Below, piece by piece: positions 1 to 8,451 of a DNA stretch of 27,212 bases. This stretch comes from Cyanophyceae cyanobacterium (GTDB lineage Bacteria; Cyanobacteriota; Cyanobacteriia; Cyanobacteriales; JBHJGN01), in the NCBI GenBank assembly GCA_050331735.1, contig JBHJGN010000083.1, forward strand, positions 1 to 27,212, read 5' to 3'. The position numbers and the translations under genes were made by a program. Each line of letters opens with the position of its first letter. Position 1 is the stretch's first letter. The notes below the pieces were generated by a model. It was not told where the DNA came from and did not search any database. It saw only the letters and a list, made by a program, of their open reading frames with translations.

Positions 1-108
1 TGCCTCGCCTTGAAAAACATTACTCAGAAATGGACCATGCCCATTCCTCACTGGAAGAGAGCTTTAGCCTATTTTGCCATTGACAATCCTAGTGATTTTC
101 TTCCTTAA
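1..108 (+). CDS. IS256-family transposase, C-terminal end (5'-truncated by the window edge)
   Basis: Frame 1 reads CLALKNITQKWTMPIPHWKRALAYFAIDNPSDFLP*, matching the IS256/Mutator C-terminal pattern LAL.NI..KWTMPI..W..AL..FAI. Confidence 0.88.
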   Translation, partial: CLALKNITQKWTMPIPHWKRALAYFAIDNPSDFLP

Positions 109-141
109 ACTCTTCGCTTACACAAAATATTTGACACTCCC
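1..141 (+). mobile_element. Right end of an IS256-family insertion sequence, terminal inverted repeat at about 118..141
   Basis: TTACACAAAATATTTGACACTCCC lies just after the transposase stop and resembles IS256-family right ends (TTACAC-A/T-rich-TGACACTCCC). The left end is outside the window. Confidence 0.82.
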
Positions 142-166
142 CGATCGCTTGTTAAAGCAAAAGTAA

Positions 167-334
167 TCACTCCTCAGTTGGTTGGCTTTTTTTTCTTGGC
201 AGGAATCCCTTCTCTTTCAATTGTCGTTCTAAACTGCGAGTATAAGCTTTTTGAGAGTCAGCATCTCGCTTTTCTAGATAAATTTTAAGAAGATTTCTAT
301 GCTCGGTTTGACTAAGGTTGAAATGACTACTCAT
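167..334 (-). CDS. Small 55-aa protein, DUF6887-like (not in the ORF track)
   Basis: Hand translation gives MSSHFNLSQTEHRNLLKIYLEKRDADSQKAYTRSLERQLKEKGFLPRKKSQPTEE*. Its ATG overlaps the upstream stop (ATGAGTAG, 8 nt) and follows a GGAGAGG Shine-Dalgarno. The Y(L/V)L.+RD....AY pattern recalls DUF6887. Confidence 0.65.
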   Translation of the reverse strand: MSSHFNLSQTEHRNLLKIYLEKRDADSQKAYTRSLERQLKEKGFLPRKKSQPTEE

Positions 335-566
335 GAGCAATTACCTCTCCATCCTCAAATATAATGTACTCCAGAACTTGCTCCTCTGGGTCAGTAAACA
401 GTCTTCCCTCCAGCCTTACTTGTCTGCCTCCAAAAATGACGATTAGACACCCCTCGACTAAGCCTTGCTGAGCAACATAAGCAGCTAACAAAGGTTTGCC
501 TTGGAGGGTGGTGTTCGATTCGATTAGCCAATAAAGCGCATAAAGTTGTTGAGCAGTTGGTTTCAT
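327..566 (-). CDS. Small 79-aa protein, DUF6888-like
   Basis: N-terminal PT.QQL and C-terminal I..DGEV resemble cyanobacterial DUF6888 proteins. It abuts or overlaps both neighbouring ORFs. Confidence 0.62.
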   Translation of the reverse strand: MKPTAQQLYALYWLIESNTTLQGKPLLAAYVAQQGLVEGCLIVIFGGRQVRLEGRLFTDPEEQVLEYIIFEDGEVIAHE

Positions 567-776
567 CTACACTGAAACATGAATATCTGCCCAGTCTTGT
601 ATCTGGTCCAGGCAATGGTAGCGCAGTTGCCGATTCCACTGTTGGGCCGCAGTGAGGGCATCAGGAGCACAGGCGAAATCCTGTTGCTCTAAGTGCCGGA
701 GGTATTTTTGAGCTTTCTCAAGATGCTGCTGTAATTTCTGGTCGAGGTGATTGAGGCCATGAAACAAAAATACCAT
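567..776 (-). CDS. Hypothetical 69-aa helical protein
   Basis: ATG at 776 follows AGGAGAG. Its TAG directly abuts the next ATG (TAGATG). The sequence is Q/L-rich and amphipathic. No family recognised. Confidence 0.55.
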   Translation of the reverse strand: MVFLFHGLNHLDQKLQQHLEKAQKYLRHLEQQDFACAPDALTAAQQWNRQLRYHCLDQIQDWADIHVSV

Positions 777-913
777 AGCTCTCCTCTTCAACCTGCGGAA
801 TGTAGGGTTATTGGGCTTGAGCGGACGATAGTTAGGCGTTCGTTTACAAAACTTAGCTCTTGCAGATGCTCAAATTTAGCTCACTTAAAACAACGTGTCT
901 TGACAACGCGTCA

Positions 914-1633
914 TTAGTTACTGCTCATCTTTTGCTGAAACTGAATTAACTCTCTAACGCCCGTCTCTGCTAGATCCATCATTTGATTGAGCTGAGTGCG
1001 GCTATAGCTGCCTGCTTCTGCTGTTCCCTGAACCTCAATGATGCCCATGTTTCCATTCATAACAACGTTAAAATCTACCTCCGCCGCCACATCTTCTGCG
1101 TAGTTAAGATCTAAAAACGTTTCTCCTTGGATTAATCCAACCGAAACAGCAGCGACGGGAGCGAGCAGAGGAGAAGTTTCAAGCTCTCCTCTATCTAAGA
1201 GCTTTTGGATGGCTAAAGCCAGGGCAACATATCCTCCCGTAATCGATGTTGTGCGAGTGCCAGCGTCAGCTTGAAGAACATCGGCATCGATCGTAATCGT
1301 GCGTTCTCCGAGCGCCTGTAGGTTGAGGGCAGCCCGCAGGCTACGTCCGATCAGGCGCTGAATTTCCTGGGTACGCCCAGAGAGCTTCATAAATTCTCGC
1401 GCTTGACGTTGGGGAGTAGCGCTGGGTAACATGCGGTATTCAGCCGTGAGCCAGCCGCTCCCCGTATCTTGCAGAAACTTAGGCACTCCGGGTTGAACAC
1501 TGGCAGTACAGAGAACCTGGGTGTCTCCGCACCGAGTCAATACCGAACTGGCAGCAAATCGGGTGAAATTGGGTTCAAAACTGAATGGGCGCAGTTGATT
1601 GGGTTTTCGACCATCGGGACGTTGCCAGGACAT
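914..1633 (-). CDS. rph: Ribonuclease PH
   Basis: [43 protein letters not shown] and EVQGTAE motifs in a 239-aa protein. Confidence 0.97.
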   Translation of the reverse strand: MSWQRPDGRKPNQLRPFSFEPNFTRFAASSVLTRCGDTQVLCTASVQPGVPKFLQDTGSGWLTAEYRMLPSATPQRQAREFMKLSGRTQEIQRLIGRSLRAALNLQALGERTITIDADVLQADAGTRTTSITGGYVALALAIQKLLDRGELETSPLLAPVAAVSVGLIQGETFLDLNYAEDVAAEVDFNVVMNGNMGIIEVQGTAEAGSYSRTQLNQMMDLAETGVRELIQFQQKMSSN

Positions 1634-1923
1634 GAGGTGATTATTTTGTCAGGACAACGCAAATTTTACCCTGAGATTTGGGCTTTTGCCGTTTTAATTG
1701 CAGTCGGATAAGGCGATCGCTATTCTGCTGTTTTTAGACTGCGATCGCCAGTGAAGCTTAATTCGAGTCATTTATCAATCATTGGCGTTTTTAAACTATC
1801 ACGTCTAGCCGGGATAATATAGAAAAGGCGTTAACAACAATCTTTGACTGAAGGGCGATCGCTACTTGTCAATAGAGGAAAAAATCAGTAGCAAGTCATC
1901 TGCTAGCACAGCCAAACACTTTG

Positions 1924-3342
1924 TCATGCTTTCGCCTGAATCTTCCTCACGAGTTCATTGAATGGTTCCCAGTCGTCTTCACCCGTAATCGAGTTCCACA
2001 CTGATTCAATTACGGGTCTAAGTAAAGCCGTTTTGGGGTTGTAAAAGTGGAGGCGATCGCCCACTCGTTCCATCTCCTCAGCGGGTAACTGAGTCAAAGC
2101 CTGATGGTAAAGATGTTGCCAATGCAAAAAGGACTCCGAACGAGGCAGCGAGAGATTTTCTAGGATCGTTGATTGCTCCTCCCGCCAGCCATCGTTAAAC
2201 TGTTCAGCCAGTTCAGCAAAAAAAGCATGGTAGCCGACCTGAGATTCACTGAGCACAGACACCGTTGACTCTACTAACTCGGCTGCCTGACTAGGTGTAT
2301 TCTCAATTCCTAGCTTATTCAGCATAAGCTGAGTGTAGAAGACCCCATAGTAATCATCGAACTGAGCTAACCCCGCTTGTAAATCCTCAGCAGCAATCAC
2401 CAGGGCTAACGGCAACTGAAGCATTTCTAAATTTAACTTGCAAATCAGCGGTTGATTACCGTAACTGTAGCGTCCAGCGTAGTCGAAATAGGCAGCGATA
2501 AATTGAGGATCGTAGGTGGGAATAAAGGCGTAGGGTCCATAGTCAAAGCTTTCCCCGGTAATCGACATATTATCAGTATTGAGCACTCCATGACAGAAAC
2601 CCGCCGCCATCCACTGTGCTGCCAGTCTTGCCCAGCGTTCCACCAACTCCGCGTAGAATTGAGCATAGCGGTCTGCATCGTCAATGGGTGAATAGTAGGT
2701 ATCAATAACATGATCCAAAAGCCGTTTGATTAAGTCAGGACGCTTGAAATAGTGCAGCCGTTCAAAGGTTCCAAAGCGCAGATGAGAACGACTGAAGCGC
2801 ACCATCACCGACGAACGAGTCGGAGACGGTTCATCCCCTCGCCAGAGGGATTCCCCCGTTTCAATTAAACTGAGGCATCGGGAAGTCCGCACTCCAAGCT
2901 GATGCAGCGCTTCTGCCGCTAGAACCTCTCGCACTCCGCCTTTAAGAGTGAGCCGACCATCGGCACTCCTAGAATAGGGCGTTCTCCCCGAACCTTTAGT
3001 GCCAAAATCATACAGCGTCCCATCAATGCCGCGTACCTGTCCGTACAGAAACCCTCTCCCGTCTCCTAAGAACGGATTGTACTCACCGAACTGGTAGCCG
3101 TGATACCGCAGAGCTAATAAAGGACGGACCTGCTGAAATTTCCCAAAAGCTTCTATAAAATGTTCGTCGGCTACGGCATCAGGTTTAAGTCCTAGCAGCA
3201 GCAGCAGTTGGTCGTTACGAAAGCGGAGAACGTGTTGAGGAAACTCCGCTGCTGGGACTTCATCATAGTAGTCGTTGCCCAAGCTTTCTAAGGCGGGTTC
3301 GTAGTTAAGATGGAGGAAGGGATTTGTCCCTGTTGCAGTCAT
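1924..3342 (-). CDS. selO: Protein adenylyltransferase SelO / YdiU family (pseudokinase AMPylase)
   Basis: Y.GYQFG....[42 protein letters not shown] and GRYSYGNQP motifs. Confidence 0.95.
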   Translation of the reverse strand: MTATGTNPFLHLNYEPALESLGNDYYDEVPAAEFPQHVLRFRNDQLLLLLGLKPDAVADEHFIEAFGKFQQVRPLLALRYHGYQFGEYNPFLGDGRGFLYGQVRGIDGTLYDFGTKGSGRTPYSRSADGRLTLKGGVREVLAAEALHQLGVRTSRCLSLIETGESLWRGDEPSPTRSSVMVRFSRSHLRFGTFERLHYFKRPDLIKRLLDHVIDTYYSPIDDADRYAQFYAELVERWARLAAQWMAAGFCHGVLNTDNMSITGESFDYGPYAFIPTYDPQFIAAYFDYAGRYSYGNQPLICKLNLEMLQLPLALVIAAEDLQAGLAQFDDYYGVFYTQLMLNKLGIENTPSQAAELVESTVSVLSESQVGYHAFFAELAEQFNDGWREEQSTILENLSLPRSESFLHWQHLYHQALTQLPAEEMERVGDRLHFYNPKTALLRPVIESVWNSITGEDDWEPFNELVRKIQAKA

Positions 3343-3367
3343 TAATACTTGGGATAAAACATCAACA

Positions 3368-3622
3368 ATGCCAGACTCAATTATGTATCAAGAGGACGGC
3401 TTCGTGGTCCTGGAAACCGATCGTCCAGAACAGTTCTTAAGCGCAGAAGAATTGCGGAATAAGCTTAAAGGCATTCTACAGTCTCAAGACGAACGACCGC
3501 GAGAACTGCAAAAATTTGACTCCATTGACGAACAGGCTCAGTACTTACTCGAAAACTTCTGCGAACTCGACGTCGGTGCCGGACAGTATTTGCAGTGGTA
3601 CGTGGTGCGACTAGAAAAGTAG
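3368..3622 (+). CDS. crr7: Chlororespiratory reduction protein 7 (NDH-1 assembly factor) family
   Basis: 84 aa with D.FVVLET..PEQFLS.EEL and C-terminal [19 protein letters not shown], typical of cyanobacterial CRR7. Confidence 0.85.
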   Translation: MPDSIMYQEDGFVVLETDRPEQFLSAEELRNKLKGILQSQDERPRELQKFDSIDEQAQYLLENFCELDVGAGQYLQWYVVRLEK

Positions 3623-3694
3623 TGAGATAGTGAGCAGTAACCAGATTCATCAGTTAATGTACAGACTTAGTCACCGATAATCCACTCAGCACAA

Positions 3695-4249
3695 TTAACC
3701 AGTAACCGATTGCTGCTTAATCAGTGCCACATCAATGCGGTCTTCTTCTGAGTGTACAATCTCTACCCGAATGCCGGGGCCGAAAAACTTTTCAATTTTC
3801 TCGCGCTTTTCCTGCCATTTCTCCAAAGAGATGAGCGGTGAATCAAACTCCATGATCAGAGTATAGTTGCCGTCTATTGCTGTTTCTCGCAGTCCGGTGA
3901 GTACCGGCCTTTCTTCATCTGTTGGACTGAGACCCAAGCGTTCTAAAGATTCGTCGAGATGAGCTTCCTGTCCGTAGCGATAGCGAGTGACATCGCTGCG
4001 TACCTGGTTCTGAGTAGATGTAGCCTGTTCCCGGAGGTCAATAATTTCAGGAGGAGTCGGCTGGCTAAACGGAACAGGCTTTAGTTCTGAGGCTTTTAGG
4101 GCTAAACCACCCAGTAGAATGGGAACTCCGTAGAATAAGCCAGCTAAATTTAAGGTTGCGTTTCCCGTCGCGTAAGCAATAAAGCCGACAACCGTTAATA
4201 ATCCACCGACAACTAAACCAACTGACCCCAAAGAGATTCGACGTAACAT
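3695..4249 (-). CDS. DUF2854 thylakoid membrane protein (APE1/Slr0575 family)
   Basis: Two N-terminal TM helices, GLALKASELKPVP, DVTRYRYGQEAHL and FFGPGI motifs. Confidence 0.88.
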   Translation of the reverse strand: MLRRISLGSVGLVVGGLLTVVGFIAYATGNATLNLAGLFYGVPILLGGLALKASELKPVPFSQPTPPEIIDLREQATSTQNQVRSDVTRYRYGQEAHLDESLERLGLSPTDEERPVLTGLRETAIDGNYTLIMEFDSPLISLEKWQEKREKIEKFFGPGIRVEIVHSEEDRIDVALIKQQSVTG

Positions 4250-4363
4250 TAAAAGATATTCATTGAATTGAGCGATAGCTCCATCGTAACGGGCGAGGTT
4301 CCTGTTTGCTCAAGCCGAGTCATCTTACTTTATGCTAAAGATGTCGCTAACCTTTTACCCTTC

Positions 4364-4540
4364 ATGGATCAAACAACTTTACAGGCAAGAATTAGCATCA
4401 TTAAAACTAAAAGGGAGTCTTTGGTCAGACTGCTCGAGGAGCCAAATTTAGGAACTCTGCGGATTGATGTTAACCAAGCCTTAGAAGAACTGGACGAGTT
4501 AATTCAAGAGATTGAACTGACTTTTCCGAATCAGGCTTAA
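4364..4540 (+). CDS. Small conserved cyanobacterial helical-hairpin protein (58 aa)
   Basis: MDQTTLQ...LLEEPNLGTLRIDVNQALEELDELI is a pattern I recognise from cyanobacterial hypotheticals. ATG at 4364 is preferred over the TTG at 4268. Confidence 0.75.
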   Translation: MDQTTLQARISIIKTKRESLVRLLEEPNLGTLRIDVNQALEELDELIQEIELTFPNQA

Positions 4541-4563
4541 CAGTCTCTGCCAGCTTTCTTAGC

Positions 4564-4983
4564 TTAATGAAAACGCTGGCAGAATCCTTGATGAAATTTT
4601 TGTGCTTGTCGCCCTAGCCGCAGGACTGAATTCAGCAAGATTTCGGAGGAAATATCTTTTGGATAAAACAAGTCTACGGGAACTGTTTGACTCATGACTT
4701 CGGCTTGAGGATCTTCAACGCAGGAATAGGCAATAACTTGAGTATGTCTGTTGAGCTTTTTAATCTCATAAGCCGCACTCAGACCATCCATCACGGGCAT
4801 TTGCAAATCCAAAATCGCAACATCAGGAGGAAACTGCTTGGCTAGCTCAACGGCTTCTTTCCCGTTACTGGCAGATCCCACCACTCGAATATTCTGTTGC
4901 CGAGACAACAATAATTTGAGGCTGATTCGCGTGAGTTCGTGATCGTCTACCACAAGAACGAATATAGGAAGCTGCTGCACCAC
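4564..4983 (-). CDS. Stand-alone response regulator receiver domain (NarL-like REC, no output domain)
   Basis: VLVVDDH, phospho-acceptor ILDLQMPVMDG, beta4 Ser (AYS) and beta5 Lys (YPK). The start is uncertain (GTG at 4983 or 4980; ORF open to 5022). Confidence 0.85.
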   Translation of the reverse strand: MVQQLPIFVLVVDDHELTRISLKLLLSRQQNIRVVGSASNGKEAVELAKQFPPDVAILDLQMPVMDGLSAAYEIKKLNRHTQVIAYSCVEDPQAEVMSQTVPVDLFYPKDISSEILLNSVLRLGRQAQKFHQGFCQRFH

Positions 4984-5093
4984 TTTTATGAAAAATTGTA
5001 AAGAAACTCTAACTATTAGCAAGGAGATTGAATTTAAGTGTAGACAGAGGATTTTCTTTCGTCGTCTATCCGTAGGTAAACATTGCGAAGAAC

Positions 5094-5783
5094 GTGTATC
5101 GAATCGTTATCAGTCCTGAACAGAAACAAGACGAGCAAATATTGCTGACGGCAGAGCAACAGCATTACCTTTATCGAGTTTTGCGTCTGAAAAAAGGAGA
5201 GCGCTTTGCGGCTATGGATGGACAGGGATTTACCTGGGTAGCCCAATTAGCTGGGGACATGGCTCAAGTATTAGCCCCTGTAGAGGCGGCAACTGAGCTA
5301 TCGGTTGCTATCACTCTGTTAGTGGCCCTTCCCAAAGGCAACGGATTTGAGCAGGTCGTGCGCTGCTGTACTGAATTAGGAGTGGCTACCATCGTTCCGG
5401 TCGTGAGCGATCGCACGTTACTGAATCCTAGCGCCAACAAACTAGCCAGATGGCGTAAAATTGCTCAAGAAGCGACAGAACAATCAGAACGTCAGTTGGT
5501 GCCGACGATTACAGAAGTCACCCAGTGGTCAGCAGCCGTAGCGATGGCGACGGGAAATCGCTACATCTGTGTTGCCCGTAAAAACGCTATTCATTTGTTG
5601 GCCCATCTACCACAACCCGAGATTGTCGTTGCCACCGGACCCGAAGGCGGCTGGACTGAGCCAGAAGTGGCTCTGGCGATGACAGCCGGGTTTCAACCCG
5701 TTTCACTAGGACAGCGGGTTTTAAGAGCAGTAACGGCTCCGATTGCGGCGCTTTCTCTGGTCGCTGCCGTCAACGAAGCGTAG
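5094..5783 (+). CDS. rsmE: 16S rRNA m3U1498 methyltransferase
   Basis: HYL.RVLRL, TELGV, EA.EQS.R, GPEGGW and SLG.RVLRAVTA SPOUT motifs. Confidence 0.95.
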   Translation: MYRIVISPEQKQDEQILLTAEQQHYLYRVLRLKKGERFAAMDGQGFTWVAQLAGDMAQVLAPVEAATELSVAITLLVALPKGNGFEQVVRCCTELGVATIVPVVSDRTLLNPSANKLARWRKIAQEATEQSERQLVPTITEVTQWSAAVAMATGNRYICVARKNAIHLLAHLPQPEIVVATGPEGGWTEPEVALAMTAGFQPVSLGQRVLRAVTAPIAALSLVAAVNEA

Positions 5784-6009
5784 AAACGCTCATCGCCCGT
5801 GTAAAAATACGGCAAAGTGGGAACACTACACGAGGCTGATTTGTCTTGAGTGTCTAGTGTCAAAATTGACTATTGTTGTTCATCATCGGTATAGTCACAG
5901 CCTGTCTGAGCGCAGGAGTGCCAAATTCGGACTGTACTTGCTCAGCCAGACATCATCCGTGATTACAAACAATATTTAAAAGCTTTATTTTTAAGGAGCG
6001 ACCAGATTA

Positions 6010-7266
6010 ATGATTAAACTATCACACCGCTTAACCGCCCTAGCCGCCGTGGTTTTTTCCACGCTCTCGTTTGGCTCCGCTAAAGCCGCCACCTTTGGGG
6101 AAACAGCTATGGAGCAGGATAGAGTTGTGGCGGTGGCAACACCTTTGGGCGAAAACAGATATGACTTGCTCGTTATCGAGCAAATTCCTGGGAAAAGAGC
6201 CTGCTGGGAAGAATCTGGTTCTAACCCAGTGGCGATTGAGCCACTGATGGTTAACTTTGATTTCACAGGGATCTGTCGGCGCGCGACCGACAGCAATGGC
6301 TACTCGATCCGCGTTGCTGGACAAGATTTAGGCATGGATTACATGCTAAGAGTTGTTGAACGCGATGGAGAACTGCTGCTGGTTGGCACTCCGCGTAACC
6401 TACGCGATCGCTCAGAAATTGTGATTGGCAGAGCGGCTGGTATCAGCGAAACTGGCTTTACCAAGCTGGAGCTAAATCCAGGTTGGGAGTTTGCCCAAAG
6501 AACCTATGAAGGGAAAACCCTCGGACACGTTTACTTTAGCGCGGCTCTCACCGCTACCGGAATTCCCGACAATCTCTTTCCCGCAGGTGCGCCTTTCCCA
6601 GACGTTGCTAACGACATTTACCTCTCAGAAATTGAGCAAGCCGTTGCTTTGGGCTTCATCGCCGGGTTTGACGACAACAGCTTCCGTCCAGAAGCGCCGT
6701 TAACCCGCGAGCAATTGGTTTCTATCGTAGTAGAAGCCTTAACCCCCCTAGAACAGCTTGACGTAACCGTACCAGCCCAGGTAGCAACCGCGCCCTATCC
6801 CGATGTAGAAGCTTCCCGCTGGAGCGCCGCTAAGATTGAATGGGCCAAGCAAAACCAGGTTGTTACTGGCTATCCTGACGGCACTTTCCAGCCCGCCAAA
6901 GAGGTCACGCGGGCTGAATTAATGGCGGTACTGCGCCGCGCTGCCGAATACGCCAAAGCTCAGCAGGGGCAAACCCCGCAACTCACGGCGCAGCAAACAG
7001 CGCTCAGCTTCGCCGACATTTCCGGTCACTGGTCGGAAGATTTAGTCACGCAAATGTCTGCTTACTGTGGAGTAGCGACCCCACTCAATGAAACGGGCAG
7101 CAACTTTAATCCCGATTCATCGGCTCTGCGCAACTACGCCGCCGCCGCCACGCTGCGAACGCTCAACTGTCTCGACGAGCAGACTAACATTGTCACCGAG
7201 GATGCTAGTCCGGTGACTGAAGAAGCCGCTCCAATGATGGACACGGAGTCGGTTGACGAGCAGTAA
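6010..7266 (+). CDS. Secreted DUF3747 protein with S-layer homology (SLH) domains
   Basis: Signal peptide (AKA-A). DUF3747 motifs LLVIEQIP..R.CW and FDFTGICRRATDSNGYSIR. SLH repeats GF.D.SFRP...LTR and GYPDGTFQP...VTRAE. Confidence 0.9.
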   Translation: MIKLSHRLTALAAVVFSTLSFGSAKAATFGETAMEQDRVVAVATPLGENRYDLLVIEQIPGKRACWEESGSNPVAIEPLMVNFDFTGICRRATDSNGYSIRVAGQDLGMDYMLRVVERDGELLLVGTPRNLRDRSEIVIGRAAGISETGFTKLELNPGWEFAQRTYEGKTLGHVYFSAALTATGIPDNLFPAGAPFPDVANDIYLSEIEQAVALGFIAGFDDNSFRPEAPLTREQLVSIVVEALTPLEQLDVTVPAQVATAPYPDVEASRWSAAKIEWAKQNQVVTGYPDGTFQPAKEVTRAELMAVLRRAAEYAKAQQGQTPQLTAQQTALSFADISGHWSEDLVTQMSAYCGVATPLNETGSNFNPDSSALRNYAAAATLRTLNCLDEQTNIVTEDASPVTEEAAPMMDTESVDEQ

Positions 7267-7295
7267 GTAGAACCGACTAACTAATCAGAAATATC

Positions 7296-7511
7296 CAGGG
7301 AAAAGGGAAAGCGTCTTCTCCTGCGGAGACGCTAACGCGTTTACGCAGTTCTTCCGCAGGAAGCACGGCGCAGGTAAAAGAGGAAAGGGAGGGACTCGAC
7401 AGTTATCGGTTAACAGTGATCAAATCAGCTAGTTAGCTTGGTCACTGGTCATTGTTTCCCCTTGCCCCGTTCCCCATCGCGCAGCGATATCCCCTTTCCC
7501 TTTTTCCCCTG
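7296..7511. repeat. Intergenic inverted arrays of heptamer (STRR-like) repeats interrupted by small GC-rich hairpin repeats
   Basis: Purine arm (CAGGGAAAAGGGAAA, 7296-7310; AGAGGAAAGGGAGGGA) is complementary to a pyrimidine arm (TTTCCCCTTGCCCCGTTCCCC...CCCCTTTCCCTTTTTCCCCTG, ending 7511). Inner CAGTGATCA pairs with TGGTCACTG. Embedded hairpins are GCGTCTTCTCCTGCGGAGACGC and ATCGCGCAGCGAT. Confidence 0.65.
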
Positions 7512-7598
7512 CCGTAGCATGTTAGCCTGAAGATACAAAACGGTTCTCCACAGTTGCTCAGAACCGTTGACGTTAACACTGGACAAGGAGATAAAGAC

Positions 7599-8435
7599 TT
7601 GAAAAGTCAGCAAAGTTGGCAATCACTGGTTGGGGGAATTATCGCGGCATTGATTGTGCTCGTCGGCTTTAATTCTTTTGTGATTATTAATCCCGGTCAG
7701 GCAGGAGTTCTGAGTATTTTAGGAAAGGCAAGAGACGGTGCTCTTTTAGAAGGCATTCACTTTAAACCGCCTTTGGTTTCTCAGGTGGATGTTTATGATG
7801 TCACCGTCCAAAAGTTTGAGGTTCCTGCCCAAAGTTCTACTAAAGATCTTCAGGATTTGTCGGCTAGCTTCGCCATCAACTTCCGTCTCGATCCGGTTCA
7901 GGTGGTTGACATTCGCCGAGAACAAGGAACACTACAGAATGTCGTCTCCAAAATTATTGCTCCCCAAACTCAGGAATCGTTCAAGATTGCTGCGGCGAGA
8001 AGAACGGTAGAGGAAGCGATTACGAAGAGGAGTGAACTCAAGGAAGATTTCGACACTGCCCTCAACTCGCGCTTGGAAAAATACGGCATTATTGTTCTCG
8101 ATACCAGCGTCGTCGATCTAAATTTTTCTCCAGAGTTTGCCCGGGCAGTAGAAGAAAAACAAATTGCCGAACAGCGGGCGCAGAGAGCGGTTTATATTGC
8201 TAGAGAAGCCGAACAAGAAGCGCAAGCAGACGTTAACCGGGCCAAAGGTAAAGCAGAAGCCCAAAGACTGCTCGCAGAGACTCTTAAAGCCCAAGGCGGC
8301 GAACTGGTGCTGCAAAAAGAAGCCATTGAAGCCTGGAGAAAGGGCGGTGCCCAGATGCCCCGAGTATTAGTGATGGGAGATTCTAAAGGAAGCGTTCCTT
8401 TCCTGTTTAATTTAGGGGACGTGCAGCAACAGTAA
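7599..8435 (+). CDS. Prohibitin / SPFH (band 7) family membrane protein
   Basis: N-terminal TM helix, EGIHFKPP, SSTKDLQ and FSPEFARAVEEKQIAEQRAQRA. TTG start at 7599 follows AGGAG (ORF open from 7554). Confidence 0.93.
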   Translation: MKSQQSWQSLVGGIIAALIVLVGFNSFVIINPGQAGVLSILGKARDGALLEGIHFKPPLVSQVDVYDVTVQKFEVPAQSSTKDLQDLSASFAINFRLDPVQVVDIRREQGTLQNVVSKIIAPQTQESFKIAAARRTVEEAITKRSELKEDFDTALNSRLEKYGIIVLDTSVVDLNFSPEFARAVEEKQIAEQRAQRAVYIAREAEQEAQADVNRAKGKAEAQRLLAETLKAQGGELVLQKEAIEAWRKGGAQMPRVLVMGDSKGSVPFLFNLGDVQQQ

Positions 8436-8451
8436 TAACGGTTCAATCTGT

